Positions 24,100 through 36,900 of a stretch of DNA of 64,000 bases are shown in pieces. Below the pieces are notes generated by a model. The model searched no databases and was not told where the DNA came from. It saw only the letters and a program-made list of their open reading frames with translations. Both the position numbers and the translations under genes were made by a program. Source of the stretch: Anthoceros angustus (taxonomy: Eukaryota > Plantae > Anthocerotophyta); assembly GCA_010909165.1 (NCBI GenBank), contig VJWM01000016.1:186001-250000 (forward strand), given 5' to 3'. Position 1 is the first letter of the stretch; each line of letters begins with the position of its first letter.

Positions 24100-25580
24100 C
24101 TATGTGACGTCACGATTTGTGCAACTTCTTATGTCGTCGGGGCTTCCGCCACATTCGCAGACCTCCAAAAAGACATATTTCCTCAATCGAATGATATGTT
24201 TCGCACTGCTTTTGATATGTGCGCATGCTATGATACCCTTGTTTAAGCATGCACTACGCCTAGCCCCCCGGTATACAAAACATATAGAACCACACAAATT
24301 GCGTAAAAACCTGACATGCCGAAATTATGGAAGAACAGCCCTTCATCACACCGATTTAATTAGCCACGAACCCGAGTGCAAGGCCACCATGGTATATGAC
24401 CGGACAGTGGTGCCGAGCCAAGAATGCCCAAACCGATGGATCAACACCTACAAAACTCAACAAAACCAACCCGCCTTTATTCGCTAAATAGGCTGGGATT
24501 TTTCCAAAACCCCTATTGAGGAGAAACCCTTTCAAATGTACTGCTTAAGAGAACGGTCGGGAGGCCGCCTTCTCAAGTGGAGACTTGAGGAACATCGCAG
24601 AGGGGCGAGGAGGGCGGACGGACATTGAAAGGGCTCGCAGCGAGCCGGGATGCACCGCTGACGTTGAGGAGGTGGGCGGCATGGTGCCCGGATGGAGGTA
24701 GCCGCCACGCTGGTCCTACCGAGAACAATAGAAGACGCCTGCAACCTCATCCTACAAAATGTCTCCATCACGCCAAGGTGTGAACTGGGAGTGAGGATTG
24801 TGCAGACCGCGGGCCAGCGGCCGCCGTGCCTAGGAGGTGTGTCTATGTGGGCGTGCGATTTGTGCAACTTCTTATGTCGTCGGGCTTCCGCCATACATTG
24901 AGACCTCAAGAAGACATATTTCCTCAATCGAATGATATGTTTCGCACTTTCGTTTTGATTTGCGCGCGCACAAGTTTCGCCCTTGTTTAGCACTTACGCG
25001 CGCCTAGCCCCAGGTATACAAAACATATAGAACCACACAAATTGCGAAACAACGACATGCGAAATTATGGAAGAATTGGTCCACCCCTTCATCACACCGA
25101 CAATCCACACGAGTGCAAGGCGCCACCGGTGTAAATGACGGACGGAAGTGGTGCGGGAGAATGCCGAATCCGATGGATCAACACCTACAAAACTCAACAA
25201 AACCAACCCGACGGTTTTGCGGAATAGGGTTGGGATTTTCAAAACCCCTATTGACAGGAGAAACCCTTTCAAAAGCGATGCTTAAGAGAACGGTCGGGAG
25301 GCCGCCTTCAAGTGGAGACTTTGAGGAACATCGCGGAGGGGCGGAGGAGGCGGGGCCGGACATTGAAAGGGCTCATGAGGCGGGGGATGTGCACGCGGGC
25401 GTTGAGGAGGTGGGCGGCATGGTGCCCGGATGGAGAGCACTCTGGGTCGCGAGAGCAATGAAAGGCGTGCACCTCATCCTACAAAATGTCTCCATCACGC
25501 GGCAGGGTGTGAACTGGGGAGTGAGGATTGTGCGAGGCGCTGCGGCAGTGAGGCTTTCGTGCCTAGGAGGCGGTGTGGCG
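24100..25580. repeat. ~740-bp tandem duplication
   Basis: GATTTGTGCAACTTCTTATGTCGTCGG occurs at 24114 and 24857, and GTGCCTAGGAGG at ~24828 and ~25559. Confidence 0.9.
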
Positions 25581-26400
25581 GCATTGCGAGCCATGCGGTA
25601 GGAGGCCATGGAAATGAGGTCTCACCAGATTCAAGTGCAATACACAATGTAACACCGATGTACATGTGGCACATGGATTGTGAGTGTATGGAACTTGGAC
25701 GGGTTGGAGTCAAGTCAGCCAGCACAACGCCTGTGAAGCTAACGGTGGGAGTCCTTTCTGCGGTCGACAAGATGTACATGTTCCACTTGAGTGCCGCGGC
25801 CATAGATGGGGCCACGCTTTTCATGTGGTCGTGGCCGGAGGACAACAAGCGGGCGGACCAATATACAAGGCGTGCGGAGGCGGTGCGGAAGTTTGGGCAC
25901 CAATTCGGTCCGATTTGTTGCGAGCACAACCTAGTTGAGGAGGACTGAACCGCGGCCACAGCCAGACAGTAGGAACTTCATTCGGGGGCCATCGGTGCAC
26001 AATCAGGTAAGGTGGATACTGGTTGTCATGGGAAGGGGATTTGCCGCATTCTGGTAGCCGAATCCGGGCTGCGCAATTTCAAGACGCCGAGGCCCTTTGC
26101 CAGACATAACGGCGTGATGGGTGGGTGGGGATGTGGGTGTGGGGCAGCGGATCGAGCACTTCTGGAGGGCGCTGAAGGAGAAGTGGGGCTTCCTGTACAA
26201 GAGGTACATGTTGGAGCTGCAGGACAGCCGTGAGTTGGATACCACGAACCCTTGGCACATACATTCCTTGCACGCATTCATGCCCACCATGAGGCCAGGA
26301 AAATGGACTTTCGTTCGGGTGTGGAACTTGCAGGTGAGGAAAATGAGGTCGGGAGGCGATGACATAGTAGGCCCACGTCGCGGAGGCCTTCCAGAGGAGG
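25300..26400 (+). pseudogene. IS3EU-like integrase-core (DDE) transposase remnant
   Basis: ORF 26121-26588 has GQRIEHFWRALKEKWGFLYKRYMLELQDSRELDTTNPWHIHSLH..F.P......F...WN, matching the NQRIERLW...LD..N..H...LH..F...WN signature. Upstream are PMYMWHMD (~25655-25680) and GVRIVRG...LRAM (~25520-25595). Confidence 0.65.
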
Positions 26401-26609
26401 AGGCGGTTGGCCTGGTAGGGCCGCTGCCTAGGGTAGACAAGGAGGACGACAACGACTACTATGTCCCAGGACCACAGTTCGCCCGCAACGTTGCACCGGA
26501 GGTGGCACCGCTTCCTCCGATTGCATTGCTAACTGGGGTAAGTGAGCAGCGGGGCCATGGCCGTGTGTGTGCTGTGATTCTTTGGTGACGCAGGTTGTGT
26601 GCAGGACAT

Positions 26610-29600
26610 GGAAGTGGCGAGGGACATGGCGTACGAGGCAGGCTTGAAGTGTACAAATTACCTCCCGGACATGCACGCATCAGTGGCAGCAGTGTGCTTG
26701 TATTGCAGGGGACGGGGGATCCCACTGCAGCAGATGGTGTGGGAGTGGAATGAAGACCTGTGCACACTGTGGACATGGAGAGCCCTTAACCTCTTCAGAA
26801 CACTTTTCATCGTGTACGCGGAGGCACTAATGGCAACAAGCGGGGCGTGATGCAAGCGTGGGTGAGACAGTAGACATGGATAGGAAAGGTGAGGGAGTGA
26901 GGGCATCCCCGCTGGTATGAAATAAACCTAAGGGCCGGAGGGGCCACCGCGTAGCCTTACGACACAGGGGCTCCAAGGATAGCGTCCTTCATGGTGCACC
27001 CGGTCTCTCGCGCGGGCCACCACAGAGGCATGGGCATGCACATTCCGCAGTTATCTGGGCTGACGCGTGAATGTTGGAGGGAAATTGTGGAGACGCATGC
27101 CGGAAGCACCTTCATGTACAACCGCATTCCCCTTAAAGTGGTGGCAGCAGCCTCCAAAATCGACGAACCTTTGAAGTAGCTTCGCGATGCCTAAAGACAT
27201 CGAAGAAGGCGACTGTTAGGTGACAAGGCCAAGGGAGAGTGGAAAAGTGGTCCAAAATTCATGGACGGGGGAACACGGTGCACGGCGGGAAGCGGGAAGC
27301 ATGAACAGAGGGCGAAGTTCAAAATGTGGGCACAGTTACCTGGCGGAAGGGTGGGAAGCCACCACGGAGGGAAGCATCAAATATTGGACAAGTCAAAACC
27401 GTGGGAAGCGGGATCTGATTGAACCTTCAAACCTAAACCGTGAAGGCCTCCTAAAGCAAGTCCTAACAAAACCCCTGCTCCACGGTGCCTAAAGCACATG
27501 ACCACAAGGCCTAACCCCCATGATCACTGTCCTCGATGATGTAGAGGTCGTTCATCTCCTCCCACAAGACATGGTTGGCGTGCGTCTAATTCGTAGAAGA
27601 CGTTGAGATGAAATCCAGGAGGCGATAAGCGTCGAGGCCGGCCCGGCCACAGTAGTCAAGCCGTCGGAGTGAAACTTGGCCATCCATAGCTTGAAGTCCT
27701 CCAGTGACTCCGGGTGCTTGGACCGCGAGGCCTCGCAGTGATCGTTAGGACCCAATGGCCATCCATCAAAATGAGAATGCATGAAATAGTGCGCTTCCAG
27801 CTTCTGGAAGCCACTCTCGCAGTATGAAGTCCAAGTCCAGTCCAAATACCTGCGACCACATTCCCTCAGCTCGAAAAGAACTTCGAAGTCCAAGGGGTAG
27901 TTCTCTATGTGGCAGATAAGGTCGTTATGGTCCTCCGCATGCTGCAACAGCGCATCAAGCTCCTTATAGGACAAAGGATGCATTGGCTTCTTGGGGTCAT
28001 AAGACACCAAACAACTCACTCCACATATTAGGATCGGGTGAGCTCGGAGGAGACCGTGGAACCCTCCTCCCTTCGCCCGCACATGCATGGCTGCAGCTGC
28101 AGGGCCTACGGCATGTGAGGAGGAGAGGGTGGGCGGTGCACGCCATCTCGCCCAGCCTGATAAGCACGGAACAATACTGCAGTGGCATGACATGCTCATG
28201 CAAGTGGCGAGGGACATGGTAGGCGTGCTTGAAGTGTACAAATTACCTCCGGACATGTATCGCAGATCGATAGTGGTGACTGTGTTTTGTATTGTGCGAC
28301 GGGGATCCCACGCAGAGATGGTGTGGGAGTGGAATGAAGACACTGCACAGGACATGGAGAGCCCTTAACCTCTTGAACACTTTTCATGAGGTGCGCGGAG
28401 GCACTAATGGCAACAATCGGGCCGGTAGTGGACAAATGAGACATGGATAGGAAAGGTGAGGAGTGAGGGCATCCCACCGGTATGAAATAAACCCTAAGGG
28501 CCGGAGGGGCCACGCGTAGCCACACACGTGGGGTGGATAGCGGCTCATGGTGCACCCGCCCTTGTGGCCACCGGCAGGCATGGCATGGGGCATTGCTCGC
28601 AAGTTCGGCCCGACCGACGTGAATGTTGGAGGGAAATTGTGGAGACGCGGTCGGAAGCACCTTCATGTACAACCGCATTCCCCTTGAAGTGGTGGCAGCA
28701 GCCTCCAAAATCGACGAACCTTTGAAGAGTTCGCGATGCCTAAAGACATCGAAGAAGGCGTTAAAGTGACAAGGCCAAGGAGAGTGGAAAAGTCCAAAAT
28801 TCATGGACGGGAACACGGTGCAGCGGGAAGCGGGAAGCATGAGCAGGCGAAGTTCAAAATGTAGGCACATATCCGCCGAAGTGGTGAGAATACCAATGAG
28901 GGAAGCATCAAATATTGGACAAGTCAAAACCGTGGGAAGCGGGATCTGATTGAACCTTCAAACCTAAACCGTGAAGGCCTCCTAAAGCAAGTCCTAACAA
29001 AACCCCTCCCAAGTGCCTAAAGCACATGACCACAAGGCCTAACCCCATGATCACCGCCTTGATGTAGAGGTCGTTCATCTCCTCCCACAAGACATGGTTG
29101 GCGTCAATCTGTGAGAAGAAGCGCTGAGATGAAATCCGGGAGGCGATAAGCGTCGAGGCCAGGCACTGTGGAGTCAAGCTTGAGTGAAACTTGGCCATCC
29201 ATAGCTTGAAGTCCTCCGGTGACTCGGGTGCTTGGACCGCGAGGCCTCGCAGTTGATCGTTAGGACCCAATGGCCATCCATCAAAATGAGAATGCATGAA
29301 ATAGTGCGCCCACCCGGAAGGCCTCTCGCAGAAGTCCAAGTCCACCCAAATACCGCGACCACATTCCCTCAGCTCGAAAAGAACTTCGAAGTCCAAGGGG
29401 TAGTTCTCTATGTGGCAGATAAGGTCGTTATGGTCCTCCGCATGCTGCAACAGCGCATCAAGCTCCTTATAGGACAAAGGATGCATTGGCTTCTTGGGGT
29501 CATAAGACCTGTAAAACAACTCACTCCACATATTAGGATCGGGTGAGCTCGGAGGAGACCGTGGAACCCTCCTCCACTGCTGCCCCGCACATGCGTGGTG

Positions 29601-29655
29601 CATGGGCTCACGCATGAGGAGGAGAGGGTGGGCGGTGCACGCCATCTCGCCCACA
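26610..29655. repeat. ~1.5-1.6 kb tandem duplication carrying unidentified ORF remnants on both strands
   Basis: AAGTGGCGAGGGACATGG occurs at 26612 and 28202, and GCACGCCATCTCGCCCA at ~28138 and ~29638. ORFs 27552-28355 and 28908-29789 share SYDPKKPMHPLSYKELDALLQHAEDHNDLICHIENYPLDFEVLFELRECGR. Confidence 0.9.
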
Positions 29656-29814
29656 ACCGCAGAAGCTCCGGAACAATACTCAGAAGGGCACCAGTACCAT
29701 CCGCGTGCACCGCTTGCAAGAAAACGAGCATCAAACAAGGCATCACCATGGGCGCGAAGAAATGGGGAATGGTTGTGTGCTTGGTGCATGGATGGGGCTA
29801 TTCTGTGGGTGCCT

Positions 29815-30560
29815 CCTCCCTACCGCGCCCGCCTGCCCGCCTCGCCCGCCTCGCCCGCCGCCTCCGTTGCCGCACCACCTCGCCGCCGCCGCCTCGCCCC
29901 GCGCCCGCCTGCCAGCGTCGCGTCCGTTGCCCACCGCCTTCCTCCGCCTCGCCCGCCTCGCCCGCCCGCCTCGCCCGCCTCTCCTTCCCTTGACTGCCCG
30001 CCTCGGTCCCTCACCCGAGTGAGGCCTCCGTCCCTCGGCCGCTGCAGGGCCCGCCGCCCGCCTCGATCCTCGTCTACTTTGCCGCCTGCGCCTTCCGTCC
30101 CTCGCCGCGGCCCGCCCGCCCCGCACCACCTCGCCCCGTGCCTTGCCCGGCGGCCACTTTGCCCGCCCGCCCTCGGCCCGATTGCAGGCCGCCACACCAC
30201 CTCGATCCCTTGTCTCTTTGCGCCCGCCTGCCTCGCCTCGCCCGCCTTGCTCCGCCCGCCCCACTCCGCCCGTGCCTTGCCCGGCCACTGGCGGCCGCCC
30301 GCCTTCCTCCGCCTCGCCCGGCCCGCCCCGCACCACCTCGCCCCTCCCCCTCAGCCCCGGCTGCCCGCCCTCGGCCCGCCAGGTCAAGTGGCGGTGGGCT
30401 CGCCACCGCCACTGCCTGCTGGCGCGCCCAACAGTGAAGGCGCTGGTGGCGGGCGCTGCCTGCTGCTGGACACGCCCGCCTCGCAACTCGTGCATACCGC
30501 CCGCCTCCGGACCTCGCCCCTCCGCCCGCCCCGCACCACCTCGCCCCAATCGCCCCAACC
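29815..30560. repeat. Extremely GC-rich degenerate array of CCTCGCCCG / CCGCACCACCTCGCC motifs
   Basis: CCGCACCACCTCGCC recurs at ~29871, ~30121, ~30328 and ~30531, with many (CCCG)n and CCTCGCCCG units. The plus strand is strongly C-skewed. Confidence 0.9.
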
Positions 30561-31097
30561 AAAATGCGTGGCGCCAAATCGGTGTTTGTCGCCCCTACCC
30601 TAAACCATGCTGCTCCAACCTCTTAGGACATGAACCCTAAAAACGGGCAGGTGGCTTGCCTATGCCACCTACCACACCCTAAAGTGGAACACTTCGCGCG
30701 CGGAAAAAAAATTTCTTCATGCGTGCACGAGAAAAAACCACAATGAGTGTGAGGAAAAAAAGTAAGTTCCCTTTCTATCTTCCGGTGACCGCGAAGTGGC
30801 CGCTTTGGTGCGTCCCATTTGGGCTACCTCATTTCGGTCGGGTTACCAAACTGGACACCAAATGTTTTGCGGAAGAAAAAAAATGTCCATCCCCTCTGTC
30901 CTCTTTGGTATGCCATACAAGCGCCCACGGCCGATGTCGTCAAGTGCGTGACATCGAGAGGGAAAAACGGCGGGAAAACTTCTTTTTGTCACCATCGAAA
31001 AAAACCCTAAAGGCTTCCTGACCAGATCGGTAATTCGGTACAGCCTTACGGAGATGACAGGACGACTATATCTGCGTTCCAAGAACTGGTAGCCTCG

Positions 31098-32625
31098 TCA
31101 CTCTTTGAGGGTGTTGGCAATGTCCACCACGAATCGGTACCGCACATCTTTATTGGCCATCCTTTGCAGCGCAGTGTTCATATCTTGAATAGGTACTGTC
31201 TCGATGAGCGGGAGCACCCCATTTTCTGCCGAGAACTCCAGCATTTCCTGGATCTCCTTAATCCCACCGCCGCCGCTGCTGGTGATGGTCTTCCTCCCTG
31301 CATCACCAACTGGCTCGGTGAGGAGCTTGCCCTGCATCAACGCTCAAATAAACGCTGCTCAAAGGTTCTGCACTGCTGGATACCGAGCAGGAGGAGGATC
31401 GGAGAGAACTTGAGCTCGTGGGGAACGCCTACTATGACTATCACGCCTCCCAGTTTGAGCAGCTTGATGTAATCGTCCAGAGGGTGGACGGTGGGGCAAG
31501 TATCGATGATGAAATCGAGGGTGTTCTGAGCGACCTAAACCGGGCGCAGAGGGGTAAAGTAAGGAAGCAAGCTTACGGTGTCTCGTCTCGTCTTAGAGTC
31601 CGGGGAGGTGTGGATCAAACCTGCATTTGCTGCGCATCGGAGGAGTTGACGAAGTGGTCTGCCCCGAGGAGGTTGATGGCCTCGTCCTTCTTACCCTCCG
31701 AGGTGCTGAAGACCGTCACCTTGAGGCCGAAGGCTTTCCCGAATTTGACAGCCAGATGGCCCAGCCCTCCGAGAGACACCACTCCCAGGTGCTTCCCGGG
31801 CTGGTTCATGCCGTACCGCATCATGGGGCTGTACACAGTGATGCCCGCGCACAGCAGCGGGGCTGCCGCATCCAGCGGCAGCTTGTCCGGGATCCGAAGC
31901 ACGTACCTGGAGCAGGCCCAAAATGTGACACGGGAAGGGTAGGAGAAGACAGGACAGGACAGGACATGGCCCGGCCCCGCGCGGCTCGGCCCGGCTCCGT
32001 GATGAGCTCACCTCTGGTGGGTGACCATCCAGGTGGAGCAGCCGCCCATGGTGATGCTGCCGTCCTGGTCATTCCGTTGTATGTCAAGACCATGCCCTTG
32101 GCGCAGTAGTTCTCCTGGTGGTTGGCGCAGCTCTCGCAGTTCCGGCAGGAGTTGGCGTAGCATCCGACGCCCACCCTGTCGCCGGGCTTGAGGTGGCTCA
32201 CGTTGGCCCCGACCTCCGTCACCAAGCCTGTGACTTCATGTCTGCAGTGCCAGGCAAGGGAATGTGGTGCGGGTGAGCGCACACACAGAGGGGAGGAGAG
32301 CGAGAGGCGGGATTGATTGATTCAGTCTTCACCCTGGCACCATGGGATATCTTGCGTGGTGGTCCTTGTTGAAGATCCAATACAGTTCGCCGTGGCACAG
32401 GCCACAATGCGTGATTTTGAAGGCCACATCGTCCGGTCCGGTGGGCCTGCATAGCACGCTGCCTGTTACTCCTTAACACGGGGTATCATGTTCTAAACAA
32501 TGAGGGAAATGCGGAAGGCTGGACAACCTGCGATTGAACTTGTAAGGGGACAGATGGCCTGCCTCATCGCGGGCTGCCCACCCCAGGCAATTCCCGCTCC
32601 CCTCTCCCGCCGGGGTCTCGCCCAT
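31098..32625 (-). CDS. CAD: Cinnamyl alcohol dehydrogenase, AtCAD1-like clade (Zn-dependent MDR), 6 exons, with an apparent 1-nt frameshift in exon 3
   Basis: Exons: 32625-32528 (MGET...[20 protein letters not shown]), 32446-32333 (ITHCGLCH...YPMVPG), 32241-32012 (HEVTG...CRNCESC...NYC), 31906-31621 ([14 protein letters not shown]...), 31534-31384 and 31297-31098 ([14 protein letters not shown]). All introns are GT-AG. Exon 3 is 230 nt where 231 keeps frame. Confidence 0.93.
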
Positions 32626-33960
32626 GCTCAAATTTTCACTTCACACTGGCTGATTTCCAACAAGACGAAATGGGAAAGCGGAAACGAGCGAATTCTCCTG
32701 CTCTTGCCATCCAAAGGAGTCATGATTTATACATGCCTGCGGCACTGGGCAGTAGCTGCCTACGCACCGTCCCTCCTGCTCCCCTGGAATTGCAGGGGAA
32801 ACATCTCGGAACATTCTTCTCCGTCAGTTAATACATAACCTACTGGACACCGATGCTATTTGTTTGGTCTGTTGACACGTTGCCAACCGTTCGTGTCACG
32901 ATGGCGAGGATTAAGCAATCCCGTGATAGGCGACGCCCCCATACCACACGGCTTGGACCAAGGGCAAATGGCCGTAACGACAAGCAAGCGACTCCCTGTG
33001 TTAGGGAAGACTAGCAGTATACGAGTGGTATACAACAAGCTATCTCTGACAATTATCCCAACTCATCCCGGCACTGCGATAAGGCCCCGTTCCTACCCCC
33101 CTACCCCACACCGTCCCGTCCCCCAACCTCTTTCTTTTCAAATACCTATGCGATCCGAAGTTTGCCTTTGACTGCCGCAAAGCCTCCAAGACTGCCAACC
33201 TGCCAAATAGCACAGCTAGCTTGCCTCTGCTTGCGTAAAAACGCCCACGCTGTGGACAGCCAGACGGGGCTCGAGGGTGACGGGCGTGGTCAGCAAACGG
33301 TCGAGGGTTATGGACATCCACTTACAGCACTGCAAGCAAAGACCATCAGAAAGGGCACAGAGGGCTCAGCGGCTCATCTTTCCCGTCTATAAGCCGGATT
33401 TAAGTCAAGCACCACACTGACTAAATGGCTCCAGAGGCTTCAAGACGTTTACTTTGTCTTGAACCTCGACAATGAGAGGCCAGGATTTACCAAGTAGTGC
33501 AACAGGATGACGAGCTCTATGCAGACTGGCGTGATTCAACTGCTGGTGACGAAACAAGTGACACTTAGCACCTCCAGCTCAATTTCATATGGCTAATGGG
33601 TGCCTGCCTCACAAACGAATCATCGAGTCAATCACCGGAACCTAGATCACCTTAACCTTTGTCCAAAGAGTTGATCACAACACACTGCACACCGGAATAA
33701 CAAAGGGCTTCAGGCATACACACCGCAGAAAGGATACCAATCCTGCCATTGGCAATGACCTTACCATAACTTCATACTACTGCTGCTGATGAACACGCCA
33801 CTGAAATGTCTTCACCAATGAACCTGCGCGTGCTGGTACCAGCACTTCAGCTACTTGACTAGGCATGTACACAGGGCAACTACATGGTACCATAAGACAC
33901 TTGAGCTGCAAGTTATCGCATTAATTTCAGGCACCAAGTTTTTCTGTACTCCTCCTTGAC

Positions 33961-36900
33961 TTAGTCGGAGTCTGTTTCAATCCGATAGTATCGGCGATGT
34001 CGCACACTGTTGGATGCACTGCGACGCTGAGTAGGATGCACTAAACTCCTGTGAAGAGAAGTCATAGGTTCCACGCGTTGGTGAATCACGACTGGTCATT
34101 CCTAGTAAAACATTTGCTGCAACACAGAAAATGCACAAAGCACATTATAACCCAGCAAGGAATCGTCATTCAAAGGCTCCGTCTCCAACATGCTCAACCA
34201 ACCACAAGCTCTTACTGGCTACCTTTCTGTTCACACACAGATCTCAGATTAGCCACTCTTGCATTTCAGCGTAAGCATGTCTCTTCCTCACTGCTAACCC
34301 ATTTCTGGGACAGCTTTGTAATTTCCATGTTCAATCAAAAAGTTTGCCCGAACTGATGACCTACAAGCACCCCGCTACTGTACAGGAACTTGGATTTCGT
34401 AATTGTAAGTCAATGCTCACTCAGTGCTTGGTCCATCTTCACCGCCCAATACTACTGCTTTCAGACATGACCAGAAGACATATTTAAACATCCAAGATCT
34501 CACCACTGGGAATGCTCATGAACAAGGCAAAGGCCAAGAATGTCAATGGATGACAGTGACTGCCAAGAGTAACCCCTAGATATTATATACCTGTCGTTGT
34601 GAGCGTGTCCAGATGGTCTCTTGCTTGGGAGGTTGCCTCCGGAACCGGAGCAGGTGCCATTGTTCCTGGCAAAGTTGCCTCCATTGACATATCAGGACCT
34701 AGACTTAAAGAGAACCAAGAATTGTTGATCTCATCATCTTGGAAGTACCGGCTCACGCAGCGTGGTTTCAACAGCCCTTGCAGGTTGTGGAGGCAAGAAT
34801 ATGTGTAATGGTGATTCTGTTGGAGAGCCCCGTCCAGAGTTTTCACCACCAAAATTACGATCATAGCTTGAGTGTCTAACAGGCGAAACCGTTCCCACTC
34901 CTCCCACATTGAAGGATCTGCTGTTAGGTTGAGAAGAAAGACCATAGTTTGCCCCTTCCACAGCTTGAAGTGGTGTTGGTCTTAGAGGTTGTGTAAGCTG
35001 GTTCACATTTGAGGGTCCAGTATCCGATGCACCGGTAAACACAAAGGTGTGAACCGATCCATTCCAAAACCCGTTGTTCTTATCCAGGGGCAAAAACCCA
35101 GATGCGCTGTTGCCACCTGCTGGGGAGGACACCAACTGTGAGCCAACAGGTGAAAGAGGATTTACTTGCCTATACGGTTGCAAACTTGGAATAGCTCCTA
35201 GAGACAGGCCTGTGCTGTCTGGTGCTAGATCTGGCTCCCCTTGAATCTCATCAGACAAAACTTCAGGAGACCTTCTTGTCATGCCAAGATCGCCACCACC
35301 AGCTTGTGCACCTGAGTAGTTTACAAGAATGTCATCGTCATCATCACTGTCGCTCAACACTATGACATCACCATGATCATTTGATCCTGCAATGGCCATG
35401 GACCGGCTTGTGTCAAATGGGCCAGAGGTATGGACTGCTGAGGGTCGCACCCCACCATTAGCGTAACCTGATCCATCACTGGGTTCTTGATTCACACTTC
35501 TTTCATCATCCCCATTTCCAACATTGACATTGCTGGCTGTTGCAGATGTACTTCTTGTGAGAACTGTTGGCTTTTGAGGACTTGGACCTATAACATTGTG
35601 TGAAGTTACGCCGTTGACGCGCTTAGATCCATTCCAAACACACTGTCCAACCCTGCTGCGTTTCAGTTTTATATTGGGAGGTCTTAGTCCACCATGAGAA
35701 GAAAGACCTTCTTCTACTTTTACTGTTACAAAATCAGGCTGAGCAGTGGCATTTTTGGCTGCGCCGTTGGACTGAACAATAGAGCCTTCTGGCGTGCGCC
35801 AAAGTTCTCCGGCACCGGCATCCCCCTCTAATTTGGGTCGCCAGAAACCATCAGCTTTCATCTCAACCTCAGTTACTTCCTCACTGTAACCTCTCATCTG
35901 CAAAAAAGTGCAACCAATAGGAAAAGAGTTCTAAATGGCAACCTGTAAAGACGTTTGAACGAAAAGAGTCCCTTGCCTGCAAAATTGCTCAATTTGATTT
36001 GATCCTTTCCTACTACACACACTTACCGCTGACGCCACTCGATTGAAGAAAGGATCAACAATCAAGTGCTCCAGAGAAAAGTTCTTCAGACAAATAGGGC
36101 ACTGCCACTGCAAATGATTCAACAGTTTCATTAGGGGTTAAAGTAACATCATGAAGAAAGATCTTTCCAGCTACACTCAATCTATGCACAACCTATACAA
36201 TCAAGCTAATCATGTCAGGGTCACATAACTTAACTTGGACATCCTGCAGGGTGCCACACAATTTTCAGAGACACAAACCAACTCCATTTGAACTGCAAAG
36301 TAGCCAGGCTAGAGAGGAACAACACCTTTCGTGCCCTTTGATTAACCCCCACCAAGGTCTCCAAATCAAAACATCCCATATGAGCACAGGGTCTAAACCT
36401 TCCTGCTGTCTTAATGCGCGAGCCACTCATCTGCATCGGACACACACTTCTTTTCCATTTACAAGAAAGAATCTGAGCAAACATGCTTTGCAGAACTTGC
36501 ATATAGCACCTCACTCCTGCCTAAAACAACTTTAAACTCAACCCATAGGACAATAGTGGCTTACAGGGCAGCGCAGGTTCACTGTAATTGAATCCAAAAC
36601 AACTAAATCATCATCTTCGCCATCTGCAGCTTCGGCAGCTCCACCAGTCACTGTGGCAGCGCCCAACGCCTCATCAATGTTCTCCCCCACGGATGCATCT
36701 GGGATTTTCTCTAGAACCTAAATGACAAGGTGAAACTCCCTTATTGAAAAAATGCAAAGCAACAGTGAAGGATAGGCAACATCCAAAAAATGAAAATGAA
36801 ATCAAGTATACCTGAGCCGTAGTCAAGCGGCGTATAATTCTGATCCCAACACAGAACTGACGAGCATCATTACTCCAGAGAGAAAATCGATTATCCCCAT

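Noticed and set aside
29602-30640. Long ORFs in several frames (up to 333 aa)
   Set aside because: They result from stop-codon scarcity in a very GC-rich repeat and translate to low-complexity P/R/A/G sequence.
30595-31012. Interstitial telomere
   Set aside because: There are only isolated ACCCTAAA motifs and no tandem array.
32370-32410. CAD active-site deviation (CHGELYW instead of CHSDLH) as a novel enzyme
   Set aside because: It aligns with the known AtCAD1 clade (ITHCGVCYADVIW), which already lacks the classical residues.
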